Assembly: GCA_050178385.1 (NCBI GenBank)
Contig: JBFXGD010000026.1
Span: 1-29,358, forward strand
From: Calditrichaceae bacterium
GTDB lineage: Bacteria; Calditrichota; Calditrichia; Calditrichales; JBFXGD01
DNA: 29,358 nucleotides
Direction of reading: 5' to 3'
Shown here: one piece after another, positions 19,159-28,229 of the stretch
Layout of the letters: each line of letters begins with the position of its first letter
How positions within the stretch are numbered: the first letter of the stretch is position 1
Notes under the pieces: generated by a model
The model's database searches: none
Told to the model about the DNA's origin: nothing
The model's input: only the letters and a program-made list of their open reading frames with translations
Translations under genes and position numbers: made by a program

Positions 19159-19779
19159 TTATTTAGTATTATCATAAAACATGATCCGGAACCACTCGCC
19201 AATATCTGTGCTGCAGACATTCTCATTTCGGCTGAGCTGATTATCCAGAAATCTTCCTACATTATCTATAAATTCCCGATCACCGTTTTGCGCCCATTCT
19301 TCTAACTTTCTCTTCAAGGGTTCAGAATCTTCCGAACATAACAGCTTTCCCACAAGATTGGCAGTAACGTCTTTAATGAGCGGATTTTCAGAGTTTTTAT
19401 ACCTTTCTATATACGGAATAATCGCTTCGGTATGTGACTCTCCGTAAAACTGCAGGGCTGACAATGTGAACTGCCGTAGATTTTCATCGGGATCATTGAG
19501 CAGGTCATCAAAGGGCTTTTCCCAACCGTCCCTTGGGCCGTAATGACCGATCATTTCCGCAAGTACGCTTTTATCATGCAGCGCTTTTCCCGGTGAAGAC
19601 TGATAAAATTCGTCTATGGCGCGTGGTATTTCTTCGAATAAATCGACTGATACTTCTTCAGGAGCATTTACATTAAGCGCTTTACATACATGAATAAGCA
19701 TTGTCGTTGCTGTTTTGACTTTACCTGACGATGGCTGCGTTTGAATATAGAATTCGTATAAGTCTAAAAGATTTTCCAT
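19159..19779 (-). CDS. Hypothetical all-helical protein with C-terminal HEAT-like repeats
   Basis: LLNDPDENLRQF..SAL and YKNSENPLIKD..ANL fit the HEAT pattern. Strong GGGGAG RBS. Confidence 0.6.
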   Translation of the reverse strand: MENLLDLYEFYIQTQPSSGKVKTATTMLIHVCKALNVNAPEEVSVDLFEEIPRAIDEFYQSSPGKALHDKSVLAEMIGHYGPRDGWEKPFDDLLNDPDENLRQFTLSALQFYGESHTEAIIPYIERYKNSENPLIKDVTANLVGKLLCSEDSEPLKRKLEEWAQNGDREFIDNVGRFLDNQLSRNENVCSTDIGEWFRIMFYDNTK

Positions 19780-19808
19780 TTACTCCCCGGAATTACCGTG
19801 CCGTGTAC

Positions 19809-20291
19809 TCAAAATTTATAACCGATCATTCGCAGGAAATCTTTTCTTTTTTTAATATCTTTTTCCTGTTCAACGCCTTTTGTCTTAATACCGTCAACTA
19901 CACCCAAAATACCTCTTCCCTGTTCAGTCTCAGCCAAAATTACTTCGACCGGATTGGCCGTCGCGCAAAATATTCTCGTTACTTCCGGAACCATTTTGAT
20001 GGAATTTAGAACATTGACCGGGAAAGCATTGCCGAGAAATATTATAAAACTGTGACCGGCGCTTAAATTAAGCGCGTTTTTCTTGGCCAGCTCGATTAAA
20101 TCATCATCCGTCCCGCTAAACCGCACAAGCGCGTCCTGTGATGCCTCACAAAACGCCAGACCGAATTTAATCGTAGGATTAATATTCATTATAGCTTCAT
20201 GAATATCTTCAACGGTTTTTATAAAGTGGGAATGCCCTAATATGAAGTTCATATCTTCAGGTTTGTCAATTTTTACAATTTTTAAATCCAT
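19809..20291 (-). CDS. DUF355 adenosine-specific kinase family protein
   Basis: N.ILGHSHFIKTVED, FGLAFCEAS, GHSF, CATANP, GRGILGVVDG and C-terminal IGYK. Confidence 0.9.
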   Translation of the reverse strand: MDLKIVKIDKPEDMNFILGHSHFIKTVEDIHEAIMNINPTIKFGLAFCEASQDALVRFSGTDDDLIELAKKNALNLSAGHSFIIFLGNAFPVNVLNSIKMVPEVTRIFCATANPVEVILAETEQGRGILGVVDGIKTKGVEQEKDIKKRKDFLRMIGYKF

Positions 20292-20492
20292 AAATACGAT
20301 ACCTCATCAATATTTGCGGTTCTACAAATATAAAAAAAAATGATTATGAAACAATCTATTTTATGATTACTATTTATTTTTGGCCGTTTAATTGTCAAAC
20401 CTGTGACTTTAAAGCCGTCATATCAGAAGGTGAATTTTTATGATAAAAAAAATCAATGTATGTCACAGACTTCTAATATGATTGTGTCTGTT

Positions 20493-21317
20493 TTATCCTT
20501 TAACCGATCCTGATAGCAAACCCGAAATTATATATTTCTGCAATATAATCACTAATACTATCAATGGCAGTGTTACAACAATGGACGCGGCAGCAATATC
20601 GCCCCATGGAACCTCATAGATACCGGGAAAAAGCGCGATCCCCACCGGGATGGTCTGAGCCGATGGTGTGGATGTGAATGTCAGTGCGAAAATAAACTCA
20701 TTCCATGAAAAAATAAATACAAGAATTCCGGTTGTAAATATGGCCGGACGTGTAAGCGGCATAATTATTTTCGTGTATAATTGTCCCGTGCTGCATCCGT
20801 CAATTTTACCCGCATCAAGAATTTCATCCGGTATTTCCCGAAAAAAATTATGGAGAGTCCAGACCATAAATGGTAATGCAAATGATGTGTACGGTAAAAT
20901 CAGCGCCAGATATGTATCTCTTAGCTGCGCGTACCGGATCATCAGATACAACGGACTCACAATGGCAATCGGAGGAAACATTGATACTGCGAGAATAATA
21001 CTGAGAACTATCGGTTTAAATCTGAATCTGAGTTTTGACGTCGCGAAGGATGCCATGGAACCTAAAACAATTGAGAACAAAGCGGTGCTTATGGCAACTA
21101 TAAAACTGTTTAGGATAAAATGCCTGAAGTTTATATCATTTAGAACAGCCGCATAGTGCGAAATATCTAACCGTGAAGGCATTAGCGGAGGCAGTTTGGC
21201 AATTTCTGATGTAGGTGTGAAAGATGTCAGCAACTGCCATAAATATGGCGCGGTAACCCAGATACAGATCAGAAGAATTATAAAATAAAGGCCGATTTTT
21301 TTTATCAATGATTTCAT
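20493..21317 (-). CDS. Carbohydrate ABC transporter permease (MalG-type)
   Basis: Six TMs, EAA-loop variant IPDEILDAGKIDG, SWNEF and C-terminal GL.SGSVKG. Start is ATG 21317 or GTG 21329. Confidence 0.9.
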   Translation of the reverse strand: MKSLIKKIGLYFIILLICIWVTAPYLWQLLTSFTPTSEIAKLPPLMPSRLDISHYAAVLNDINFRHFILNSFIVAISTALFSIVLGSMASFATSKLRFRFKPIVLSIILAVSMFPPIAIVSPLYLMIRYAQLRDTYLALILPYTSFALPFMVWTLHNFFREIPDEILDAGKIDGCSTGQLYTKIIMPLTRPAIFTTGILVFIFSWNEFIFALTFTSTPSAQTIPVGIALFPGIYEVPWGDIAAASIVVTLPLIVLVIILQKYIISGLLSGSVKG

Positions 21318-21389
21318 CGACAACAACACCGATTCTAATTTTTGTTACGCCTGATAGCTTTAAAATTTAACTGTCTGCTTTTAAATTTA

Positions 21390-23300
21390 CTATCCCGGAA
21401 GAACGCCTTTTACCCTGTTGTTTCCTTTTCTCACAGTATAACCCGCTCTGTCACAATATTCGATCAGGGGAATGACATATTTTCTGCTGCTGTTTAAAAA
21501 ATCTTTTAGATGGGTGACTTCCAATTCCTCATTTTTTTCGAAATATTGTTTCAGAAATGTAATCAGTTCTCCAAGCGATTCTTTGTGCAGATAAAACTGG
21601 CCGTTAATTGAAACAAGAATACCCTCTTTTGCCAAATCACCGGAGATTGTTTTGGCGTCTTTTTCGGAAATATTGAAATCTTTTGCCAAAGCCGGCAGAT
21701 CAGGCACTGTAAACCGATCACGCCTGAAGCGATCTTCAACATTTCTCCTGATCTGATCCATTTCATTTGATTTTTTTATATTTTCAGTGAAATATACTTC
21801 CCCGTTAAAATATATGGATTCTGTATTCACGCCTCTCCCCAAAGAACGTTCAAGAAATACTTCACTCATCTGCATTTTTTTTGCGATGTTATAAATTTCT
21901 TTAAAATTCATTCCGATTTTATATTTTTTTTCTGACAGCTCTTTTCCGACCATTTCAATAATCTGATTCTGTCCCTGCTCCAGTTTCTTTGTTGAAATAT
22001 AATGGAGGATATTCTTATGCTCGAAGACAATGAGCGCATTTTGTTTTACGAGCTTCTGTAAAATATCATCAATTTTTTCAGGTTTTTCGAACCATGCCTG
22101 CTGAATTTCTTTATTTGTGATTGATCTGTAACCCGAAAATCGAAACATTTGTTTTAGTTTGTCATTCAGACTGCCATTTTTTAGAATCTCAAAATATGAT
22201 TCCCAGGTTTCTGTATCACGTTTTAATTTTGGCGGATTTATCTCAAGTACCCGCCCGCCCGCAATCGTTGTGACCGGCGAGAAACTCCTTATCAGAACAG
22301 GATCCCCCGGCGCCGTGACAGCTGTCTCATTTACTTTAATCCGGACATGCAGCAGTTCATTGGCTCCGGGTGAACGCTGGTTATCAAACCAGAATATTTT
22401 ACCCGAATGTTCGGCGGTACCCAGATGTACCCGGACAGCCATATGTTTTTTTAATTTTAATTTTAGATTTGAGACCGTTGTTATGAAGGCATGAAATTCC
22501 GACGTTGTGGTTATCATACCCGATTCCGCCAATACAACTCCTCGCTGTAATTCATCTTTATTTACGTTGGCCAGGTTGACAGCGGCCCGCTGACCCGAAT
22601 GCGCCTCCGTCACTTCATGCTGATGGATTTGCACACCTTTTACTCGCGTTTCTAAGCGTGCCGGAAAAATCTCGGCCCGGTCACCGGTTTTGATTACAGA
22701 CGATAATATTGTTCCGGTCACAACTGATCCAAAGCCTTTCGCGGAAAAACTGCGGTCAACATTCAACCTGAATGGCCTCTCATTTTCAACGTGGTTTAAT
22801 CCTTCTATCTTCCCGGTGAGCGCCAATTCCAGTTCACTGATCCCTTCGCCTTTGACCGCAGATACCGGGATAACAGGGACATTCTGAAATCCGTGCGAGA
22901 AAAGAAATTGATCAATTTCATCCTTCACTAAAGACAGCCATTCTTCATCCACCAGATCTGACTTGTTCAGGGCGACAACACCGTTCCGAACGCCAAAAAA
23001 TTTCAGAATTTCCAGATGTTCTATAGTCTGCGGCATTATTCCGTCATCGGCAGCTATTACAAGCAGAAACAAATTGACGGTACTGACTCCTGCTATCATA
23101 TTTCTTACAAAACGTTCATGACCGGGCACATCAATAATCGTTACATTGTTTTTCCAATATGCAAATCCTATATCGATTGTAATTCCCCGTTCGATTTCAT
23201 CCTTCAGGCGATCGGTTTCGATTCCGCTTAAAGCCCTGATAATAGCGGTTTTGCCATGGTCGATATGACCGGCCATACCTATTATTGTATGTTCATCCAT
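21390..23300 (-). CDS. selB: Selenocysteine-specific translation elongation factor
   Basis: [38 protein letters not shown]...GFG.VVTGT, GQR.AVN and C-terminal winged-helix SRKY.IPL.EY.D; 636 aa. Confidence 0.96.
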   Translation of the reverse strand: MDEHTIIGMAGHIDHGKTAIIRALSGIETDRLKDEIERGITIDIGFAYWKNNVTIIDVPGHERFVRNMIAGVSTVNLFLLVIAADDGIMPQTIEHLEILKFFGVRNGVVALNKSDLVDEEWLSLVKDEIDQFLFSHGFQNVPVIPVSAVKGEGISELELALTGKIEGLNHVENERPFRLNVDRSFSAKGFGSVVTGTILSSVIKTGDRAEIFPARLETRVKGVQIHQHEVTEAHSGQRAAVNLANVNKDELQRGVVLAESGMITTTSEFHAFITTVSNLKLKLKKHMAVRVHLGTAEHSGKIFWFDNQRSPGANELLHVRIKVNETAVTAPGDPVLIRSFSPVTTIAGGRVLEINPPKLKRDTETWESYFEILKNGSLNDKLKQMFRFSGYRSITNKEIQQAWFEKPEKIDDILQKLVKQNALIVFEHKNILHYISTKKLEQGQNQIIEMVGKELSEKKYKIGMNFKEIYNIAKKMQMSEVFLERSLGRGVNTESIYFNGEVYFTENIKKSNEMDQIRRNVEDRFRRDRFTVPDLPALAKDFNISEKDAKTISGDLAKEGILVSINGQFYLHKESLGELITFLKQYFEKNEELEVTHLKDFLNSSRKYVIPLIEYCDRAGYTVRKGNNRVKGVLPG

Positions 23301-23390
23301 ATTGTCGAACTTTATTATAAATGATGGTTGTTTTAATATTTAAATTGGATTTAAAATCGAAAGAAATGAAACAATTGTCAAGGCAATGGT

Positions 23391-23807
23391 TTATTTAAAA
23401 ATTTCTGTTCCTTTAAAAAAATAATTAATCTCGAATGAAGCGGATTCCCGTGAATCGGAACCGTGAACAACGTTTCTTTCAATGCTGGTGCCCATATCAC
23501 CCCTGATGGTTCCCCTTGCCGCTTTTGCCGGGTCTGTCACACCGGTCAGGCTCCTCCAGCTTCTGACAGCATCGTTATTTTCCAGTATCATCAGGACACA
23601 CGGCCCCGAAATCATGTAGTCTATTAGAGAATTAAAAAACGGTTTTTGGCGATGTATATAATAAAATCCCTCCGCTTTTCGCCGGTCCAGGCGCTCCAGC
23701 CTCATCCCTATAATATTAATTCCTTCTTTTTCTATTCTGCTGATGATTTCACCGATAAGTCCGGCGGTAACACCATCCGGCTTAATAATCGCTAACGTTC
23801 TCTCCAT
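23391..23807 (-). CDS. ndk: Nucleoside-diphosphate kinase
   Basis: ERTLAIIKPDGV, FY..H..KPFF, GTIR and catalytic N.VHGSDS. Confidence 0.98.
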   Translation of the reverse strand: MERTLAIIKPDGVTAGLIGEIISRIEKEGINIIGMRLERLDRRKAEGFYYIHRQKPFFNSLIDYMISGPCVLMILENNDAVRSWRSLTGVTDPAKAARGTIRGDMGTSIERNVVHGSDSRESASFEINYFFKGTEIFK

Positions 23808-23878
23808 CGATCATCCCTGTTTGCTTTTCTCAGTCAAAATCTTTCTCATGTTATTGTTAAAATCTAATGTCAAACGAA

Positions 23879-25720
23879 TCAGCGCCAGCGCCAGCTACCG
23901 GGTTTCCTTGGCCGGGTAACGGGTTCATCTGATTTTATCAGCACCACAGGCTCTTTTTCTTTCCCGGTTGAAAACGGTACGGTGAACATCTCTTTGCGTT
24001 TTGATGGATCGATGCGGAAGGACTTTTCCGCGGCCCTGATAATCTCCGGTTTCAATCCTTCGGATGCGATAAGATCCGTGTATTTTTTTCGACCATCCAC
24101 AAGATCTTTAATATAATAATCCACCTGCTCAGGTGTATAAAAATTGCTGACATCATATTCCGGAATCGGTCTGCCTTCTACCGCGACAATTGATTTTGTG
24201 CCCAGAATTCCGTATTCGTAGGTATTGGTGCCTCTTAAATCTCCTCTTTGAATGGCAGCCATGAGACTCAGCGGTACCCTGTCCGTTTTTCTAATCATTT
24301 TTTTTCTGATGATTCCGTTTTCTTCCACGTCTTCTATAATCTCACCCATGCCGCCGGTGTTGTACATCATAAAACGGATCTTGCCGGGATACTTATCAAC
24401 AAGCATCATAATGATATCATGGAAGCGGTTAACCTTTTTACCGCGGGATCCGATGATAAACGGATCGGTTCCCACAATTCTGACCGATTCTCCCGCTTTT
24501 TCAGGGCTGGAGGCGTAGCTGTGCGTCGATTCACCCCAGAGGTACGCAAGAACTCCTTGTTCCGGCGTTAATTCCTGAGCATATGGCATGATCGTATTTC
24601 TGCGTGTAATGAACGCGAATATCAATCCGTCCATTTCATCGAGAGTCGGCAGATTGATGGTCGGAGCGCTGATGCTGATCAGCTTGCTGCCTCTTTTTAC
24701 ACGTAATTTATCTCTAAAAACAACCGCGCGGCCGTTTCCGCAAAGGCTTTCGTCAAGGAAATCAAGATCGCCTTTAGCATTCAGCATAACATTTTCGATC
24801 AGCGCGGACTTATCTATCAACGCGTTATACATTGCTTCCTGCTGATCAGGCATAACATCCGTTTTGACATAGAAATTATTTTCAGAACCGAGCGCGGAGC
24901 CGTCCGGAACAAGAAATGTGATGTCATCCTGCCCGACCTCTGTTGTCTCGCCACGCTCATGATCCAGTCCCAACTGGTGACAGGACCAGGTTGATTTACC
25001 TGTAGCGGTCATTCCGAACAAAAATACACCATACTTTTTTAATCTGCCTTCGCGCGGATCGCGCACCTTTACGATTTTGCTGCCGGAATGCAATCCGAGC
25101 ATCCCCTGTTCATCTGCTCTCCACATTGCCTGCCGTAAAAAGCCCTTTTTATCCTCGCCGAGATAATCAGATCCAAGGGCAATATTAAGATTATACTCCG
25201 GAAGCGAAAGGATCTGAGATCTTAGCATATGTTCTTCAGGAATATGAATCATAATAAAATTAGGCCCGGGCCTGGATGAGACATCAAACATGGTGCTTCC
25301 CCACATATAGGCCAGCCGGACATTCTTCGGATCAACAGTGCTGATATAAAAATCACAGACGGGATTAAATTTATCATTATTGCCCATTTGGCGGCGAACA
25401 TGGACAAACGGCAGGGTTTTAAGGAGATGCAGTACTTTTTCAAGCTGTTCGGGCGCATTTTCGATCAGTTTAAGCTGCTCGGCCGATGGTTTTGGCAGAC
25501 GAATTTTTGCACCGCCAAGATAGACCGTTTTGGCCGCGAGGCGATTTGAAATTTTTGACGACCATACATATGAGCCGTAATTTGTTTTATTCGCGAAACT
25601 TCTGGCCTGCCGCTCGAGCCAGCCCATATCAACCGTTCGTATATTTTTGCCGTTGAGAACTGGAATAAGTTCATCATAAAATTTTTTGTAATAGGCTTCG
25701 TTATATACATCTTTTGACAT
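23879..25720 (-). CDS. pckA: Phosphoenolpyruvate carboxykinase (ATP), divergent
   Basis: Motifs in the E. coli PckA order: NR (substrate Arg), YLGEDKKG, LHSG, FGMTATGKST, QDD, E..FYVKT, ENV, NGR and YNTG. Confidence 0.85.
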   Translation of the reverse strand: MSKDVYNEAYYKKFYDELIPVLNGKNIRTVDMGWLERQARSFANKTNYGSYVWSSKISNRLAAKTVYLGGAKIRLPKPSAEQLKLIENAPEQLEKVLHLLKTLPFVHVRRQMGNNDKFNPVCDFYISTVDPKNVRLAYMWGSTMFDVSSRPGPNFIMIHIPEEHMLRSQILSLPEYNLNIALGSDYLGEDKKGFLRQAMWRADEQGMLGLHSGSKIVKVRDPREGRLKKYGVFLFGMTATGKSTWSCHQLGLDHERGETTEVGQDDITFLVPDGSALGSENNFYVKTDVMPDQQEAMYNALIDKSALIENVMLNAKGDLDFLDESLCGNGRAVVFRDKLRVKRGSKLISISAPTINLPTLDEMDGLIFAFITRRNTIMPYAQELTPEQGVLAYLWGESTHSYASSPEKAGESVRIVGTDPFIIGSRGKKVNRFHDIIMMLVDKYPGKIRFMMYNTGGMGEIIEDVEENGIIRKKMIRKTDRVPLSLMAAIQRGDLRGTNTYEYGILGTKSIVAVEGRPIPEYDVSNFYTPEQVDYYIKDLVDGRKKYTDLIASEGLKPEIIRAAEKSFRIDPSKRKEMFTVPFSTGKEKEPVVLIKSDEPVTRPRKPGSWRWR

Positions 25721-25777
25721 ATCAGACTTCCCGTTAAATGATCAAAATTTCAGATTCATACTTCTCTTGCGACTAAT

Positions 25778-28123
25778 TCATTTTGATAAAATTTCTATCA
25801 TACGGTTTTGAATTTCCGGCAAGTTTCCGGCTCCGGTATTTACTGAATAACACACGGCGGACTTAAACAGTTTTCGGAATGATTTTTTCTGTAATTCCAG
25901 CCGTTCTGTTGTTTTCAGCAACAAATGCGGATTATAGAACGGCAGGTTTCCCCGTCCTTCTTCCATTATGGAACCGCTTGAAAATCCGCCTTCCAGAATC
26001 TGGAGCGCTTCATCAGGATCCATCACTGAAATTGCATTTCCGATTGGATCATTTTTTAAGATGAATACTGTGCTGATGTCAATGCGCTTCACATGTTTAC
26101 GCATACCACCTATCCAGTAGGGATCGAGCATCGCCGCTGAAGTTTTTGACGCTTCATAACAATACGGATAGCCACGGTCAAGGGAGCATTCTTCCATTGC
26201 CTGGCATTTTTGATTTTTACAATCTTCTTTGTTCATTACCACATTTTCACATTTACTGCGATCAAATAATTCACCGAGTCTTTGAAACACAGATGCGGAA
26301 TTTGTCGGGATGTATAATTTCCGTTCCGGGTTATCTGCTGCCGCGTATCCTCCCCCATAGCGCACAAAAACTATATCGTTTGAATGAAGGGCAATATTTT
26401 CATTCTGCAAAAGCTGATAAAAGAGCTCTGTTTTATGGGTTCCCTTCGGTCCCATCACAACGAATCCGGACCCGGAATAATCCGCCGACATGGCGCGCAA
26501 CGCATGCAAATCAAACAACCGCTCTCCCACATCTGTGACGAGGCCCAATGCCAGACTTCTAAGGGATCCGTAATAATCGGTATTGAACAGAATCCCTGTT
26601 TTTGTTTCTGAATTGTAAAATCCGTAAGGCTCCCGTCCGATGGCCCCTTCGACGGCATAAATAATTCCGTGCGGTTCTATATCCGCTTCAAGCTGTGCCG
26701 GATACCAGTTCTCCATCCAGAAATCATATAAATGCCCGTTATTAGTCCTTAACTGCACAATAACACCGTTTATATTGGCGTTCCACTCAAAATACCGATC
26801 GTATTTGAGCTGAGCCTCTGCCTCAGCGACAAGCGCGTCACGTTTTTCAATATTCAGAGTTGAATCGACAGAAACCGGTTTTTTGAGACTGGTGACCATA
26901 TTATTGAGTTTTGTATGTTTTACCCTGGCGGGTGTTTTCAGCTTCATAAGAGCTTCTGTAATGCGCTCCATACCCTTTTCAATACTTTTCATGGATGTGG
27001 CGTATGAAATGCGGATATAATCATCTGCGCCGAAAGCGGCACCAGGAATTAATGCAACTTTTGCTTCTCTTAAAAGGTAGTAAGCCAGCCCGTAAGAATT
27101 GCGTATATAAGTGCCGTTAAATTCTTTCCCGAAGTAAGAAGAGATATTCGGAAAAACATAGAACGCGCCTTCGGGATTATGGCATGACACACCGGGGATT
27201 GTACCGAGTTTATACATGATATAATTGCGCCGCTTCTGAAATTCGCTTGTCATCCGTGAGATTTCATACTGCGGGCCGTTCAGCGCTTCCATACTCGCGT
27301 ATTGGGAAATTGTTGAAGCATTCGATGTACTGTGGCTCTGAATTTTCTCCGAACCGTTTATGATTTCAGCCGGTCCGGCCGCGTATCCAATCCGCCAGCC
27401 GGTCATGGCATACGCTTTTGAAACACCATTGATTAAGATCGTCTTTTGTTTGATTTTATTATTAAGTGAGGCAAAACTGATAAATTTAAAATCATCATAG
27501 ACCAGCTTTTCATATATTTCATCAGAAATGACAAAAATATCTTCACTTTCAACAACTTCAGCCAGGGCTTCCAGTTCACTCCGTTTATACGCAGCGCCGG
27601 TCGGATTTGAAGGATTGCAGAGAATGACCGCTCTTGTGTTTGCGGAAATTGACTTGCGGAGCTGATCGGGAGTCACTTTAAAGCCGTTTTCTTCCTTTGT
27701 TGAAATGATGACCGGTTTACCCTGCGCAAGCAGCACCATTTCCGGATATGACACCCAATACGGCGCGGGGACAATGACTTCATCACCCGGATTTACTACT
27801 GAGAGAATTGCATTATACAAAGCCTGTTTTGCGCCGTTGGAAACAATGATTTCAGACATATCATAATCAAGATTATTATCTTCCTTTAGTTTTTTTGCGA
27901 TCGCTTTCCGCAATGGGACGATGCCCCTGTTGATCGTATATTTCGTCAGATCCTGGTCGATCGCTTTCTTTGCGGCGTCTTTGATAAACTGCGGCGTGGC
28001 AAAATCAGGTTCGCCGACACTGAAATCGACCACATCAATTCCTTCTGATTTCATCGCGATAGCTTTTGCCGCGATTTTTATAGTAGGCGAGATACTGATA
28101 TTCTTTATCCGTTCGGAGATCAC
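25778..28123 (-). CDS. Class I PLP aspartate aminotransferase fused to a C-terminal degenerate PEPCK/HPr-kinase-like P-loop domain
   Basis: Residues ~1-395: VGEPDF, NPSNPTG, SDEIY, SKAYAMTGWRIG (PLP lysine), GAFY and RISYA. Residues ~400-781: YYG, GPKGTHKT, SND, E..LY.PT, ENV and VNTG. GTG start with AAGGGG RBS. Confidence 0.88.
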   Translation of the reverse strand: MISERIKNISISPTIKIAAKAIAMKSEGIDVVDFSVGEPDFATPQFIKDAAKKAIDQDLTKYTINRGIVPLRKAIAKKLKEDNNLDYDMSEIIVSNGAKQALYNAILSVVNPGDEVIVPAPYWVSYPEMVLLAQGKPVIISTKEENGFKVTPDQLRKSISANTRAVILCNPSNPTGAAYKRSELEALAEVVESEDIFVISDEIYEKLVYDDFKFISFASLNNKIKQKTILINGVSKAYAMTGWRIGYAAGPAEIINGSEKIQSHSTSNASTISQYASMEALNGPQYEISRMTSEFQKRRNYIMYKLGTIPGVSCHNPEGAFYVFPNISSYFGKEFNGTYIRNSYGLAYYLLREAKVALIPGAAFGADDYIRISYATSMKSIEKGMERITEALMKLKTPARVKHTKLNNMVTSLKKPVSVDSTLNIEKRDALVAEAEAQLKYDRYFEWNANINGVIVQLRTNNGHLYDFWMENWYPAQLEADIEPHGIIYAVEGAIGREPYGFYNSETKTGILFNTDYYGSLRSLALGLVTDVGERLFDLHALRAMSADYSGSGFVVMGPKGTHKTELFYQLLQNENIALHSNDIVFVRYGGGYAAADNPERKLYIPTNSASVFQRLGELFDRSKCENVVMNKEDCKNQKCQAMEECSLDRGYPYCYEASKTSAAMLDPYWIGGMRKHVKRIDISTVFILKNDPIGNAISVMDPDEALQILEGGFSSGSIMEEGRGNLPFYNPHLLLKTTERLELQKKSFRKLFKSAVCYSVNTGAGNLPEIQNRMIEILSK

Positions 28124-28229
28124 TCTTTTCCCCTTGTCAAAAATTATTCCTTAACTTAGAACCCGTATATCAATCACAGAGCCGGGCGTTTAAAAATTAT
28201 ATTACCTAAAAGAGAGATTATTGTCCTGC

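Noticed and set aside
20292..20492. CTGTGAC...GTCACAG inverted pair in a 200-nt AT-rich gap, a possible ncRNA or CRP site
   Set aside because: Only 7 bp arms about 55 nt apart, wrong spacing for CRP, and no recognisable RNA family structure.
23301..23390. Possible SECIS-like leader or tRNA-Sec next to selB
   Set aside because: The region is AT-rich with no stable stem or cloverleaf.
25720..25780. Aminotransferase fusion and PEPCK are in the same frame, separated only by two TGA codons (a mini-ORF MNLKF lies between)
   Set aside because: It would need double readthrough, no SECIS-like stem is visible, and both proteins look complete on their own.
28124..28229. Short CCCG...CGGG pairing and a TGTGA half-site in the aminotransferase leader, a possible riboswitch
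   Set aside because: Too short and weak, with no recognisable aptamer or expression platform.
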